Shown here in pieces: positions 1-9,179 of a stretch of 43,765 nt of DNA. Position 1 is the stretch's first letter. Every line of letters begins with the position of its first letter. The notes beneath the pieces are model-generated. The model ran no database searches, was not told the origin of the DNA, and worked only from the letters and a program-made list of their open reading frames with translations. Made by a program: the position numbers and the translations under genes. The stretch lies in sequence record ON286972.1. The stretch is one strand, 5' to 3'.

Positions 1-124
1 CAAAACTGATGGCACAAAGGTACGTAATAAGTACAAAGTTATAATTGATGGTATTAACTATCAGGGTTATGACCTGGTAGATGCAATAAATGAACATACT
101 AGTAAGAGTAGAGGTTATTGAAAA

Positions 125-448
125 ATGTATGCTATAATTATCACTGTAATTTGTTGTGCTACTATAATCATCTGCCGTTGTATTGAAAAGAATGCACACA
201 TTCGTGGTATGGAAATTGAAAAAGACCTATATACTGAAAACATAGCAGAAAAGAAACCACAATCTCCATATAAACTTCAGAGAGATATGCATAATGAGTC
301 AAAAACATGGGGTTATTGCATTACTCAAAACGGTAGTCGTCTAACATCAAGTTCTGGACATTATCAAATCATCCATAACATTGATGAAGCAAAAGAACTT
401 GTTTGGGAACTAGAGGATCTTGGTGGCTATGAAAGAACGAAATTTTGA
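125..448 (+). CDS. hypothetical protein, N-terminal membrane anchor
   Basis: ORF in packed + strand run; hydrophobic N-terminus. Confidence 0.7.
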   Translation: MYAIIITVICCATIIICRCIEKNAHIRGMEIEKDLYTENIAEKKPQSPYKLQRDMHNESKTWGYCITQNGSRLTSSSGHYQIIHNIDEAKELVWELEDLGGYERTKF

Positions 449-632
449 AATTTACAAAACAATTCAGGAATTAAACGTAAAGCATGATATAATGCTAGAT
501 GTAGACAATAAGATTGCTTACATGAAAAAAGAAACTGTTTCAATGCTTCAGAGATTTTCACAAAAAGCATTTTTAATGAAGTTCTGTGCAGATGAGCATC
601 TCACGGGACGAAAACTCTATAACGAGGCATAA
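429..632 (+). CDS. hypothetical protein
   Basis: ORF; ATG 429 preferred, overlaps previous gene. Confidence 0.65.
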   Translation: MKERNFEIYKTIQELNVKHDIMLDVDNKIAYMKKETVSMLQRFSQKAFLMKFCADEHLTGRKLYNEA

Positions 633-633
633 T

Positions 634-975
634 ATGGATTTAAGCTCAACAATTAATTTTTTGAGTGATAATTACGAAAAGGTCATATCAAGGGGTGGTA
701 TTATTATCCACCCTGTAACAAATGAAATGTTCATGGTTCGCTTTGATGCAAATTCATATGACCAAGTACTTGTAATATCACAATTTATCGATTATAATGA
801 AGTTGTTCAATTTTGCTGTACTGAATTCGGAATCTATCTTAAAGATGCGGAAACTAATGAGATTGGTCATTACTTATATCAAACTCTGATGGTTACTCTA
901 GATTTTGGACTTACTTTCGAAAATCTGGTACAATGTCACTATATGTTTAAAAACTTTCCCGCGTCTGGGAATTAA
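634..975 (+). CDS. hypothetical protein
   Basis: GAGG RBS before ATG 634. Confidence 0.7.
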   Translation: MDLSSTINFLSDNYEKVISRGGIIIHPVTNEMFMVRFDANSYDQVLVISQFIDYNEVVQFCCTEFGIYLKDAETNEIGHYLYQTLMVTLDFGLTFENLVQCHYMFKNFPASGN

Positions 976-985
976 TGGAGTTCAA

Positions 986-1828
986 ATGTCAAACATTATC
1001 GTATTCAAAACTGTATCATTCAATAAAGATCTTTATTCTCATTCTTATGTGTCTTCCAATAATCTCATCATTGAGTTGACAAATGGGGCAACGTTGGCGG
1101 TAGAATTCGATTCTAGTATTGAATCTAACGCTGCACTAAAAGAACTAGCAATGGTATTAAATGGTGAACCAGTAAACAAATCCAAACCAACTGATGGGTT
1201 GGATATGTTGGTCAATAAGATCCTAAATGGCAAATCTTCTGAAATTGTTGAACTTCTTAAAAATTGTACTGATAAAATCACTGAAACTGTTAGTACTGCA
1301 AAATCTAAGGCTGAAGATAAGCTTTATGAAGAAGCATTTAAAGTCGTGGGGGCCGCAGCAGAATCTAAGTTAAATGGTATGATTAATAATCTTGACCAAG
1401 TGCTGTCTCATATGTTCACAAAAGAATATGAAACTGAAGAACCTGAATCCCAAGAACAACCTTCCAAAAAAGAAGATGTAAAATCTAAAGTGAAATCCGC
1501 ATTTACTGGTGCTAAAAAGAAATTTGGTCTATCTGAAGATATCTTTGGATATTCTGATACCACAGCACAAACCGATGATGATTCACAGTCAGATGATATT
1601 CTGATTGGTGATATGCTTGATCGCCAGTTGCGTGCTGAAATTTCAGCATTCGTTGACAGTGTTGTTAGTTCTGAACGTGCACAAGATATGTTCGAAAGTA
1701 TCAGTAAGAATTTTGGTGAAGAAGAATCGAAAGCTGCTATTGATGGATTTAAAAATCTAATTTATTCCGTTGCAGTGCAGCACCAAGATAAAACATTAGA
1801 ATATGTGATTCGCAATTACTTTATGTAA
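986..1828 (+). CDS. acidic hypothetical protein
   Basis: GGAG RBS before ATG 986; long ORF. Confidence 0.8.
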   Translation: MSNIIVFKTVSFNKDLYSHSYVSSNNLIIELTNGATLAVEFDSSIESNAALKELAMVLNGEPVNKSKPTDGLDMLVNKILNGKSSEIVELLKNCTDKITETVSTAKSKAEDKLYEEAFKVVGAAAESKLNGMINNLDQVLSHMFTKEYETEEPESQEQPSKKEDVKSKVKSAFTGAKKKFGLSEDIFGYSDTTAQTDDDSQSDDILIGDMLDRQLRAEISAFVDSVVSSERAQDMFESISKNFGEEESKAAIDGFKNLIYSVAVQHQDKTLEYVIRNYFM

Positions 1829-1836
1829 TGAGAACG

Positions 1837-1864
1837 AAAAAGCCTCCATATGGAGGCTTTTTTT
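1837..1864. terminator. bidirectional intrinsic terminator
   Basis: AAAAAGCCTCCA-TA-TGGAGGCTTTTT between convergent genes. Confidence 0.9.
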
Positions 1865-3020
1865 ATTGTTTGTCATAACCAATCACTACAATCTTAGCAT
1901 CAAATGCTTCGACAGAAGTAATTGTAACATTCTCATCATCATCAAGCTGAATTTCACATTGAACTGCATCATTGTTAATATCATATACTTGAACAAAAAC
2001 AAATTCTTTCAAGTGTCCAGTACTGGATATATTAATTTCATACATTTCACCATTGCGTGTCCATTCAGAAGAAGAGACATTTTGTACATATGGAGATGTT
2101 TGTAATGTACTACCCAATATACTTAGTTTTATAGGTGTATTATCATATATTGTTACTGTAATATCACCAGTGGAGCTAACATTAATGCCAGCAGATACCA
2201 AATTATTATGATTATCATATACCTGAATAGCTAAGTTATTACCACGCCCATGTACATCACCAGGGATTCTTGCACTATACACATCACCAGGCCCAGTACT
2301 GAATGTAGTTACTGATACAGTAGTGGTAAAGCCGTCATCATCACCAACATCTAATATATTAAAATTAACGCTTTTTGTATTATAAAAATCAGACGTAAGA
2401 GTTATAGTTGCAGTTCCGGTTGACATAATTTCCGGTACTGTTATAATGAATTCATCATTGACTATTGTACTCGTTGAATACTCGGACCCATCTGAAAATT
2501 TTACAGTAATTGTCATTCCTGTTGTGTTGATGGTTTGTCCAGCATTGAACAGTTTACCCGATATTTCAGTATCCCCAACATGAACCGGATTAACTAAAAT
2601 ATTATCTATATCACGATCAATAATTGAACAAGTTGGTGTGTACATATCAAAAGTAACATCGGAGTTTCCAAATATCGTTTTGTGTAATTGGAATTTAGTT
2701 ACAAACCCTGTTGGATCTGTAGGTTTCAATTGATTAGTGTATCCACGAACAAAGAAAGTATTCTTTGCAATAACATCCAATAATTCATCATCGGATTTTT
2801 TATAGTTAAGTAAATTTCCTACCTTATCATAAGAAGTAATTTGTACGCGTCTATATATTTTGTTTGTTACAGGATCTATAATATCAAATAGTTTATAACT
2901 ACGCTGTCTGTAAATTCTTATATTTTTTAATTTGGTTCCATCGATTAGTAAAGCACCATCCACGATATAACCACATTCACCGAACTTGTATTCTCCGGCA
3001 TCAGCTATGGTTCTAGACAT
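1863..3020 (-). CDS. probable virion structural protein with two C-terminal beta-rich repeats
   Basis: two repeats with xQVYDxNN motif; Thr/Val-rich; CATAAATA upstream. Confidence 0.55.
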   Translation of the reverse strand: MSRTIADAGEYKFGECGYIVDGALLIDGTKLKNIRIYRQRSYKLFDIIDPVTNKIYRRVQITSYDKVGNLLNYKKSDDELLDVIAKNTFFVRGYTNQLKPTDPTGFVTKFQLHKTIFGNSDVTFDMYTPTCSIIDRDIDNILVNPVHVGDTEISGKLFNAGQTINTTGMTITVKFSDGSEYSTSTIVNDEFIITVPEIMSTGTATITLTSDFYNTKSVNFNILDVGDDDGFTTTVSVTTFSTGPGDVYSARIPGDVHGRGNNLAIQVYDNHNNLVSAGINVSSTGDITVTIYDNTPIKLSILGSTLQTSPYVQNVSSSEWTRNGEMYEINISSTGHLKEFVFVQVYDINNDAVQCEIQLDDDENVTITSVEAFDAKIVVIGYDKQ

Positions 3021-3055
3021 AAAACAAACCCCTCATTGTTGAAATGCTTATAAAA

Positions 3056-3063
3056 TATTTATG
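3056..3063 (-). promoter_or_regulatory. T4-late-type promoter (CATAAATA)
   Basis: one mismatch to TATAAATA, upstream of 3020 gene. Confidence 0.45.
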
Positions 3064-3085
3064 ATAAGGAGGGTGAAAATCGGCC

Positions 3086-3113
3086 TTGACAGACCTGTAT
3101 TTTTGAGTATAAT
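3086..3113 (+). promoter_or_regulatory. sigma70 promoter
   Basis: TTGACA-16-TATAAT. Confidence 0.75.
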
Positions 3114-3141
3114 GTACATTAATAGTGAAAAGGAGTATTTT

Positions 3142-3726
3142 ATGAATGTATTAGAAAATCGTTTAATTGTTAAAAATGGCAAGATGACTGTGAAACTATA
3201 CTCTGATGAAGCAGATTCTTTCATGGCTAAAGCAATCGAAAAGTCTGAGCGATATCAAGTTCTTGCACCTGAAAACAAATCACCTTATGGGTTTAATCAC
3301 GCTCATAGTCATTTTGTTGGAATGGTTTGTGAACACGCATCGTTTGTATTGTTCTCTGAAATTGAAGCCAGTACTGGTATTAAGTTAAACATTGATCCAG
3401 CATTCCAATGTGATGGACGTGATGGTGAATGTGACATTAAAGTAAATGGGTTGCGTATAGAAGTAAAAGGTATTAAGTATAAATCATGGAAAGACTTTGG
3501 TCCATGTGTCAGTACTCGACAATTGAAAAACATTCAGAAAAAAGCTGATGTTATTCTGTGGGTCTTGTATAATGAGAAAAAACAAGAATTTACGTTTGAG
3601 GGATTCAATTACGTAAAAGACATTAGTTCGATTCCAGTAGTATTAACAGGTGTACCAGGTCGTCCATTAATTGAGAATCACCCAGTTATTAGTATTCTTA
3701 AGCCACTACAGGAGCTACCACTATGA
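3142..3726 (+). CDS. PD-(D/E)xK nuclease-fold protein
   Basis: G-x-x-x-E helix followed by DIKVNGLRIEVK; AAGGAG RBS before ATG 3142. Confidence 0.6.
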   Translation: MNVLENRLIVKNGKMTVKLYSDEADSFMAKAIEKSERYQVLAPENKSPYGFNHAHSHFVGMVCEHASFVLFSEIEASTGIKLNIDPAFQCDGRDGECDIKVNGLRIEVKGIKYKSWKDFGPCVSTRQLKNIQKKADVILWVLYNEKKQEFTFEGFNYVKDISSIPVVLTGVPGRPLIENHPVISILKPLQELPL

Positions 3727-3962
3727 TTAAATGTAATATTGAAGTAAATGAATACACTACTAATCAATATAACGGTGAGAAAGAGTTTTCATTTAGTACA
3801 GTACAACATGTATTGAATTTCCCAGTACTTCCATCTATTGGTTCAGTACTGACAATCACAAATACGTATGATACCCAGTACGAGATCCTTGATATTGAGT
3901 ACAGAGCAAATCTTAGTTCCAGTGCAGATGTTGAAATCTATATCATCGTAGAAGAGGTATAA
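3723..3962 (+). CDS. hypothetical protein
   Basis: ATGA overlap with upstream gene. Confidence 0.7.
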   Translation: MIKCNIEVNEYTTNQYNGEKEFSFSTVQHVLNFPVLPSIGSVLTITNTYDTQYEILDIEYRANLSSSADVEIYIIVEEV

Positions 3963-4288
3963 TGATGTTCAAGAACTTCATTGCTATAGTAGCAGTACTA
4001 TTCTTAACTACGTGCTTCATCAATCCAGTTTATGCTGATAAAGTGCGATGGAAGGATGTTAAATCACCATCCTATTGTGCTGGTTATGCTAAGGTAAAGG
4101 ATGAACAACACAATAAGCAGTACTATAAGGATATGTTTTCATTTTACAATTCTATGATTTCAGAAACTGACTTGATGGCAAAGAGAGTTGATCGTGAAGA
4201 TTTCCTTCAAGGCTATGACATGAATGATGATGAAAAAACATTAGAATGCGTAGAAGTTTTTAATTACATACGAGGGTTTGATGAATGA
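3962..4288 (+). CDS. secreted/periplasmic hypothetical protein
   Basis: signal-peptide-like N-terminus ending VYA. Confidence 0.7.
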   Translation: MMFKNFIAIVAVLFLTTCFINPVYADKVRWKDVKSPSYCAGYAKVKDEQHNKQYYKDMFSFYNSMISETDLMAKRVDREDFLQGYDMNDDEKTLECVEVFNYIRGFDE

Positions 4289-4749
4289 CAGCACTGATAT
4301 GTATTAGTCTATTTGTTATTGTATATCAATTGATTTTTTCTATCATTGATGATGTTGAACATATTGCATATAGTAAATCTATATCTAAGTTTGAGGGCAA
4401 TCTTGCTTTTTTTAAATCATTATTTTGGACATATTTGTTACCAAAAGAATTTTTAGTTGTGTCTTCATATTATTCATCATATAATCTAAACTATAGTATT
4501 AGTGATTTAGCAAACATTGAACTGGTTTGTCGAAATGCTATCAACAATGTTAATGGATACAAAGTTGTGATGAAAAATCCAGGGGTGATCCATTTTATAG
4601 AACCAGGTAACAGCAGTTCTGAACTAAAACTTAGTGATATGTATCTTTCATATAACTCAATGGAAAGATTCGTTTTACCACCGTACTATATTCGTTTGAT
4701 CCTAAAAGCACTACAAAATAAAACTACAGATGTTCTTGACAGGCTATAG
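4285..4749 (+). CDS. hypothetical protein, N-terminal TM
   Basis: ORF with ATGA coupling. Confidence 0.7.
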   Translation: MTALICISLFVIVYQLIFSIIDDVEHIAYSKSISKFEGNLAFFKSLFWTYLLPKEFLVVSSYYSSYNLNYSISDLANIELVCRNAINNVNGYKVVMKNPGVIHFIEPGNSSSELKLSDMYLSYNSMERFVLPPYYIRLILKALQNKTTDVLDRL

Positions 4750-4764
4750 GTGAAGTGATAAGAT
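4736..4764 (+). promoter_or_regulatory. sigma70 promoter
   Basis: TTGACA-17-TAAGAT with TGn extension. Confidence 0.65.
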
Positions 4765-4813
4765 AGTACCAATGAAACACAACACTAATTTATAATCTAA
4801 TGAGGAACCAACC

Positions 4814-5272
4814 ATGACAGTATTAGCTACCCAATTTAAACGAAATACAGAGCAACGTGAAGGTTACTTGAGTATCAGTGAAGTGGTTGAAGGAAACTTC
4901 AAACAGTACATTTTCAATGCTTCTATTAAATTAAAAGCGACAAAATCTGATAAAGATCGTGGCTTTACTAAGTGGGTGGCTTACTGGGAAGATTCACCTG
5001 TTGCAATTGAAATGACAGTAATGACAACAGTACTGGAAACTGGATACATTAAAGCGACCATTGTAGATAAACAAGTACGAACCATTGATGAGATTGGTCC
5101 TTACCCAGCACGAAATTCTAAAGTATTTGGTAACTTGATTGATGGTAAGTTTATGTTGGATAAAGATGCACAAGTTTATGTGATGGATAAGGTAGAAAAA
5201 GCGGCAGCTAAAAAAGAAGTTGTAAATCAAAGTCAAATTGACTTAATCAAACAAGCATGGGGTTTAAAATGA
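4814..5272 (+). CDS. hypothetical protein
   Basis: GAGGA RBS, 152 aa. Confidence 0.8.
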   Translation: MTVLATQFKRNTEQREGYLSISEVVEGNFKQYIFNASIKLKATKSDKDRGFTKWVAYWEDSPVAIEMTVMTTVLETGYIKATIVDKQVRTIDEIGPYPARNSKVFGNLIDGKFMLDKDAQVYVMDKVEKAAAKKEVVNQSQIDLIKQAWGLK

Positions 5273-5712
5273 TTTCTATCAAATCCGTAAAATACATTTA
5301 TCTTCTTGGTATTTTGTCTTGGTTTGCATTACCAGTACTGGACTTCTTTCAAGTCACAGATGATAACAAGTACCAAACAGTAGTTTCAGTGTTTTCACTT
5401 TTATTTTTTCTTGGTGTCTTTTTTTCTAGTGCTTTTATGATCTTTAGTGATGAAGACGATGCAAGACGTTTCTATGCAGTAGTTTTTGAATTTAAACACT
5501 ATGGGTGGTATCTAACACTCCCGTTCATTCCATGTATCATTTATGCTTTCAACTATGAATACTATTCATATATGGGCATGGCAATGATTTTGTTTATTAT
5601 CCTTGAACGTATGCGAACGGTTCAAAACAAGTTTGCACAGGAGTACGAAGACATGCAAACTGCGGAAGAGATACGTAGGAAGTCAATTCCAACAACAAAG
5701 GTAGATTTATAA
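5269..5712 (+). CDS. multi-pass membrane protein
   Basis: four hydrophobic segments; ATGA-type coupling. Confidence 0.75.
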   Translation: MISIKSVKYIYLLGILSWFALPVLDFFQVTDDNKYQTVVSVFSLLFFLGVFFSSAFMIFSDEDDARRFYAVVFEFKHYGWYLTLPFIPCIIYAFNYEYYSYMGMAMILFIILERMRTVQNKFAQEYEDMQTAEEIRRKSIPTTKVDL

Positions 5713-6137
5713 TGAGAACATACTATAAACTATTACTCGCTCCCTTTTCATTTGGTATTTTATGTCTAATCGACGTATTATGCACAAAGTATTCGATTAG
5801 TACAGTACTTAATCCAGCTTGGTTTACTATTGCTATTGTTGGATACTGCCTGTGTGCGGGTATGGCTGCTCTTATTACGTTACTAACAATTGCAATGGAT
5901 AATGACGAGAAAGATAAAAACAGCTTTGCGAATGACTTTGGGTGGAAAACGATCAGTTCAGTAACTATTGTACCATTTGCATTACTGACAGTTTATTTCA
6001 TTCAAATGGGTGAGATCATTCCTGGTGTTGCATCATCAATACTTTTGTTAATGACAATAGTTGTTCGTTCACGACAAAATTCAATAATCCAAGAGTTTCT
6101 TGAACGAGAGGCAAGGGAAGGAACAAAAACATCTTGA
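5712..6137 (+). CDS. multi-pass membrane protein
   Basis: four hydrophobic segments; same layout as the preceding gene. Confidence 0.75.
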   Translation: MRTYYKLLLAPFSFGILCLIDVLCTKYSISTVLNPAWFTIAIVGYCLCAGMAALITLLTIAMDNDEKDKNSFANDFGWKTISSVTIVPFALLTVYFIQMGEIIPGVASSILLLMTIVVRSRQNSIIQEFLEREAREGTKTS

Positions 6138-6162
6138 CATAAAATGTGTTAAGGGATATAAT
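6134..6162 (+). promoter_or_regulatory. sigma70 promoter
   Basis: TTGACA-17-TATAAT; -35 contains the upstream TGA stop. Confidence 0.85.
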
Positions 6163-6191
6163 TATTTTATCAAAACAAAGGAGGGACACAT

Positions 6192-6443
6192 ATGAATCTC
6201 GAGGTGGTGAAATCATTAACTGAAGCTTTACAGAAAAATGAAGTCCAATGTCAAGAACTACGTGACACTATTAAGGTTGAATACGCACGACTCCAAGGTA
6301 TGCTTCAAGAATCAGAATGGGTAGTTACTAAAAGCATCGAAGGTATCTACAAAGATATCGAATCAATGTTCAATAAGAAAAGTAAGATTGAATCAGATTC
6401 TTTTAACAAACGTAAAGAACTAAATGCAGTTTTAGGTATCTAA
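6192..6443 (+). CDS. coiled-coil hypothetical protein
   Basis: AGGAGG RBS; heptad-like pattern. Confidence 0.75.
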   Translation: MNLEVVKSLTEALQKNEVQCQELRDTIKVEYARLQGMLQESEWVVTKSIEGIYKDIESMFNKKSKIESDSFNKRKELNAVLGI

Positions 6444-6447
6444 GTAC

Positions 6448-6485
6448 TTGACAGTACTGAAATATAGGAGTACAATGTACTCCTA
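6448..6485 (+). promoter_or_regulatory. sigma70 promoter with 10-bp inverted repeat over the -10 box
   Basis: TTGACA-17-TACAAT; TAGGAGTACA-A-TGTACTCCTA at 6465-6485. Confidence 0.8.
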
Positions 6486-6516
6486 CTTTAATTGAAAACC
6501 AAAAAGGAAAAACACA

Positions 6517-6792
6517 ATGAACTCTATTCTAGTAGCAGTAAACCTGGTTGCTTCTCCGTCTTTTGATTTTAAAAAAGTTATTTCTAATAATCTTAAAAAC
6601 ATTTGCCCTGATACTGAACTTACTTTTTGTGTATTCGATTCTGAAAAAGTTACTAAAGTAGATCTTAATTATCTCATGAACGATGTTAAGAGTGTTCAAG
6701 GTAAAACTAATTTAGATGTAGTACGTTCTGTTGCTGACGACTACGATGATGCTCTGATCATTTCTGAATCTTTTGAAGAGGGTGTACTGTGA
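6517..6792 (+). CDS. hypothetical protein
   Basis: AAGGA RBS. Confidence 0.75.
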   Translation: MNSILVAVNLVASPSFDFKKVISNNLKNICPDTELTFCVFDSEKVTKVDLNYLMNDVKSVQGKTNLDVVRSVADDYDDALIISESFEEGVL

Positions 6793-7256
6793 ATAAATTA
6801 GTTCAATGGGTAGAAAAAACTAAGGTCTATCCACCGTCTGAATTGTTTTTCCAAGCAGACTCTAAGCAAGCCAAGGCAGAAAAACGCGTTGTAGCCATTT
6901 GTGAAGACCTTTATAAACTTGAAGTACATACTCTTAGTGATATGCATACTGCGTTCACAGTGCTTGCCAACGCAGCTAAACGCGATATTCATAACATGAA
7001 GATGAAGTACATTGAAGAACTATGCGGTGTGCTTGCATTCCATGTTGAATATTCGGTTAATGCATTAGATGCTATGCATAAGAAAGATCCCATCCTCCAA
7101 GCTTATTACAAAGGATGGTCAGTAAAAGCTAAAGAGCTAAAGGATGAAATCAAAGCATTACTTATTGAATCATTCCCTGATATTGATAAGGCAATGTTAC
7201 TTTCGGAGATGCAGTACTATTATGATTCTGAAAAAGATAAGGTACTTTCTAAGTAA
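6789..7256 (+). CDS. hypothetical protein
   Basis: GTGA coupling, GAGG RBS. Confidence 0.75.
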   Translation: MNKLVQWVEKTKVYPPSELFFQADSKQAKAEKRVVAICEDLYKLEVHTLSDMHTAFTVLANAAKRDIHNMKMKYIEELCGVLAFHVEYSVNALDAMHKKDPILQAYYKGWSVKAKELKDEIKALLIESFPDIDKAMLLSEMQYYYDSEKDKVLSK

Positions 7257-7653
7257 ACTAATTCTAAGTAAGCCCAAAGTACAAATACAAGCTCAAGAGG
7301 CTTTTGATATATACGAGGCATTGAATAATTGTAATTATGATTTACTCAATAAGCATTGTAGATCCAAAGTAGCTGTTGATTTGATATGTGAACAAATGGC
7401 AGTTAGTAACTTTTCAAAAAATTACAACATTCACTATTTTGGATTTGATGGTTCACCTACAAAATTTGATTATAATTATGCTTATGCAGAATTGGTTAAG
7501 AGTAAGGAAAACATCAAAATAACTGAATTCATTGCCTTGTATTTTTTCACAAAACTTGGTATAGTAACTGGATGTAAAGATCCCTTCCCATTTGATAAGG
7601 TATTGAAAGGAAGAGAACTTGATATATATTCCGCATTCTTAGATAAGGTGTAG
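7222..7653 (+). CDS. hypothetical protein
   Basis: ORF; internal ATG 7222 preferred over 7144. Confidence 0.6.
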   Translation: MILKKIRYFLSKLILSKPKVQIQAQEAFDIYEALNNCNYDLLNKHCRSKVAVDLICEQMAVSNFSKNYNIHYFGFDGSPTKFDYNYAYAELVKSKENIKITEFIALYFFTKLGIVTGCKDPFPFDKVLKGRELDIYSAFLDKV

Positions 7654-7654
7654 A

Positions 7655-8152
7655 ATGACTACAGTATATGTTGACAAGCGTGTTGGATTATTGCTCACTG
7701 ATTCACGAGTAACAACCACTACTGAGAGGTACTTTCTCGGATTATTCCCGTTAAAACCAAAAAAACAATATGGTGTAGTTACTCAAAAATCATTATACAT
7801 TCATGATCGTCTGTTTAGTGCCGCAGGTTCAGTGAATGAAATCAATAAAGTCTTGATGTATTTGATATATGGTGATATAGTACTGCCCAGTAGAAAAGAG
7901 AACTGCCATTGTGTCTTGTTGTCCAAAGATTATTGTATTCACTTAGGAACAAAGAACGGGAAGTTTTTTAAGTACCTTGAGTTCATGCATGAGGAATATG
8001 TGTTCTTCATGGGGAGTGGTGGAGAGTACATGGTTGATGCTGCTGTGCATGAGAACCAAGACACACTACTTCAAAAAATATTCAGTACTTTCAAAGAGGT
8101 AAAAAACCACGATGAATATACTGACGACAATATTAATGTATACCAATTTTGA
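7655..8152 (+). CDS. Ntn-hydrolase / HslV-proteasome-beta-like protein
   Basis: M-T-T start, DSRVT, AAGS, MGSGG, HDEYT motifs. Confidence 0.65.
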   Translation: MTTVYVDKRVGLLLTDSRVTTTTERYFLGLFPLKPKKQYGVVTQKSLYIHDRLFSAAGSVNEINKVLMYLIYGDIVLPSRKENCHCVLLSKDYCIHLGTKNGKFFKYLEFMHEEYVFFMGSGGEYMVDAAVHENQDTLLQKIFSTFKEVKNHDEYTDDNINVYQF

Positions 8153-8173
8153 TTTTTTCATTAGGAGAAGTAA

Positions 8174-9136
8174 GTGAAGAAACTAGACTTAAACGCAATT
8201 TCCGAAGAAGTACTGGATGAATGTTTTGCGAATGAAGAAGTCAATCCATTGGAAGCAATTGAACCATCAGAAGTTATTGAAGATGATATTCCACATAAAG
8301 TTCGTAGTAAAAGTAACATTAGTCTCAAGCGTCCAGTAGGTGTGACTAATGAATCCATCATCGAAGAGATTCGTGCTGGAATTAATGTAAAAAAGAACAC
8401 TGACCTATTACTTCGTTATAACTATGGTATGATCGTTGATGTTGCTTCAAAGTGTACATGTTATATTCCGTTTGAAGATAAAATTGCATATGGTGTAGAA
8501 GGTTTTATGCGAGCACTTAAAACCTTTGATCTTAGTAAGAATGTCAAATTCATTACATATGCAACAACGTCCGTTTATATGACTATGTATAATGAAAGTT
8601 CAGATGCAAATTACATGGTGTACTTACCACGTTATATGAGCGTTCATAACATCCAAGTACGTCGATTTAATGAATCATATCAACGTGAACACGGTAAGCG
8701 ACCTACACCAGAATTAATCTCTGAGAGTACTGGTATCGAGCTTCAGCACGTTAAGAACTGTTTGTTATACCAGAATGCATATACGACTCTTGATGCACAA
8801 CTGGGTTCAGATTCAGACGGAACCCTTGGGGATATTCTGAGTTCATCTGCTCGTGATTATAACCTTAATGTTGATAGCATTTGTAATCCATTACGTTATG
8901 CAATCACAGAAATCATTGACGAATTGAGTACTAAAGAACGAGAAATTATCATGCGTGTTCATGGTCTTGGGGATTACAAAGCAGAAACCCTTCGTGAAAT
9001 TTCTGATAATGGATATGTTGATGATAAAGGAAACATTGTTAAGTCCCGTTCATCTGTGCACCGAAAATATAGTGAAGCTATTCAAAAGCTTAAAAAAATA
9101 GTACTTGAAAAAGGGTACGAATACGAAGATTTCTAA
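8174..9136 (+). CDS. RNA polymerase sigma70-family factor (divergent)
   Basis: regions 2 (EGFMRALKTFDLSKNVKFITYAT), 3 (GKRPTPELIS..TLDAQLGSDSDGTLGD) and 4 (LSTKEREIIMRVHGL..ETLREI) align with RpoD-type order. Confidence 0.9.
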   Translation: MKKLDLNAISEEVLDECFANEEVNPLEAIEPSEVIEDDIPHKVRSKSNISLKRPVGVTNESIIEEIRAGINVKKNTDLLLRYNYGMIVDVASKCTCYIPFEDKIAYGVEGFMRALKTFDLSKNVKFITYATTSVYMTMYNESSDANYMVYLPRYMSVHNIQVRRFNESYQREHGKRPTPELISESTGIELQHVKNCLLYQNAYTTLDAQLGSDSDGTLGDILSSSARDYNLNVDSICNPLRYAITEIIDELSTKEREIIMRVHGLGDYKAETLREISDNGYVDDKGNIVKSRSSVHRKYSEAIQKLKKIVLEKGYEYEDF

Positions 9137-9137
9137 A

Positions 9138-9170
9138 GAAAAAGGGTTGACTTAGGTCAGCCCTTTTTTT
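9138..9170 (+). terminator. GGGTTGAC/GTCAGCCC hairpin element (copy 1, no -10 box)
   Basis: AAAAAGGGTTGAC-TTAG-GTCAGCCCTTTTTTT. Confidence 0.85.
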
Positions 9171-9179
9171 ATGGGACAA

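Noticed and set aside
9138-9176. Promoter activity of element copy 1
   Set aside because: No TATAAT-like hexamer 16-18 nt after TTGACT; kept as a terminator only.
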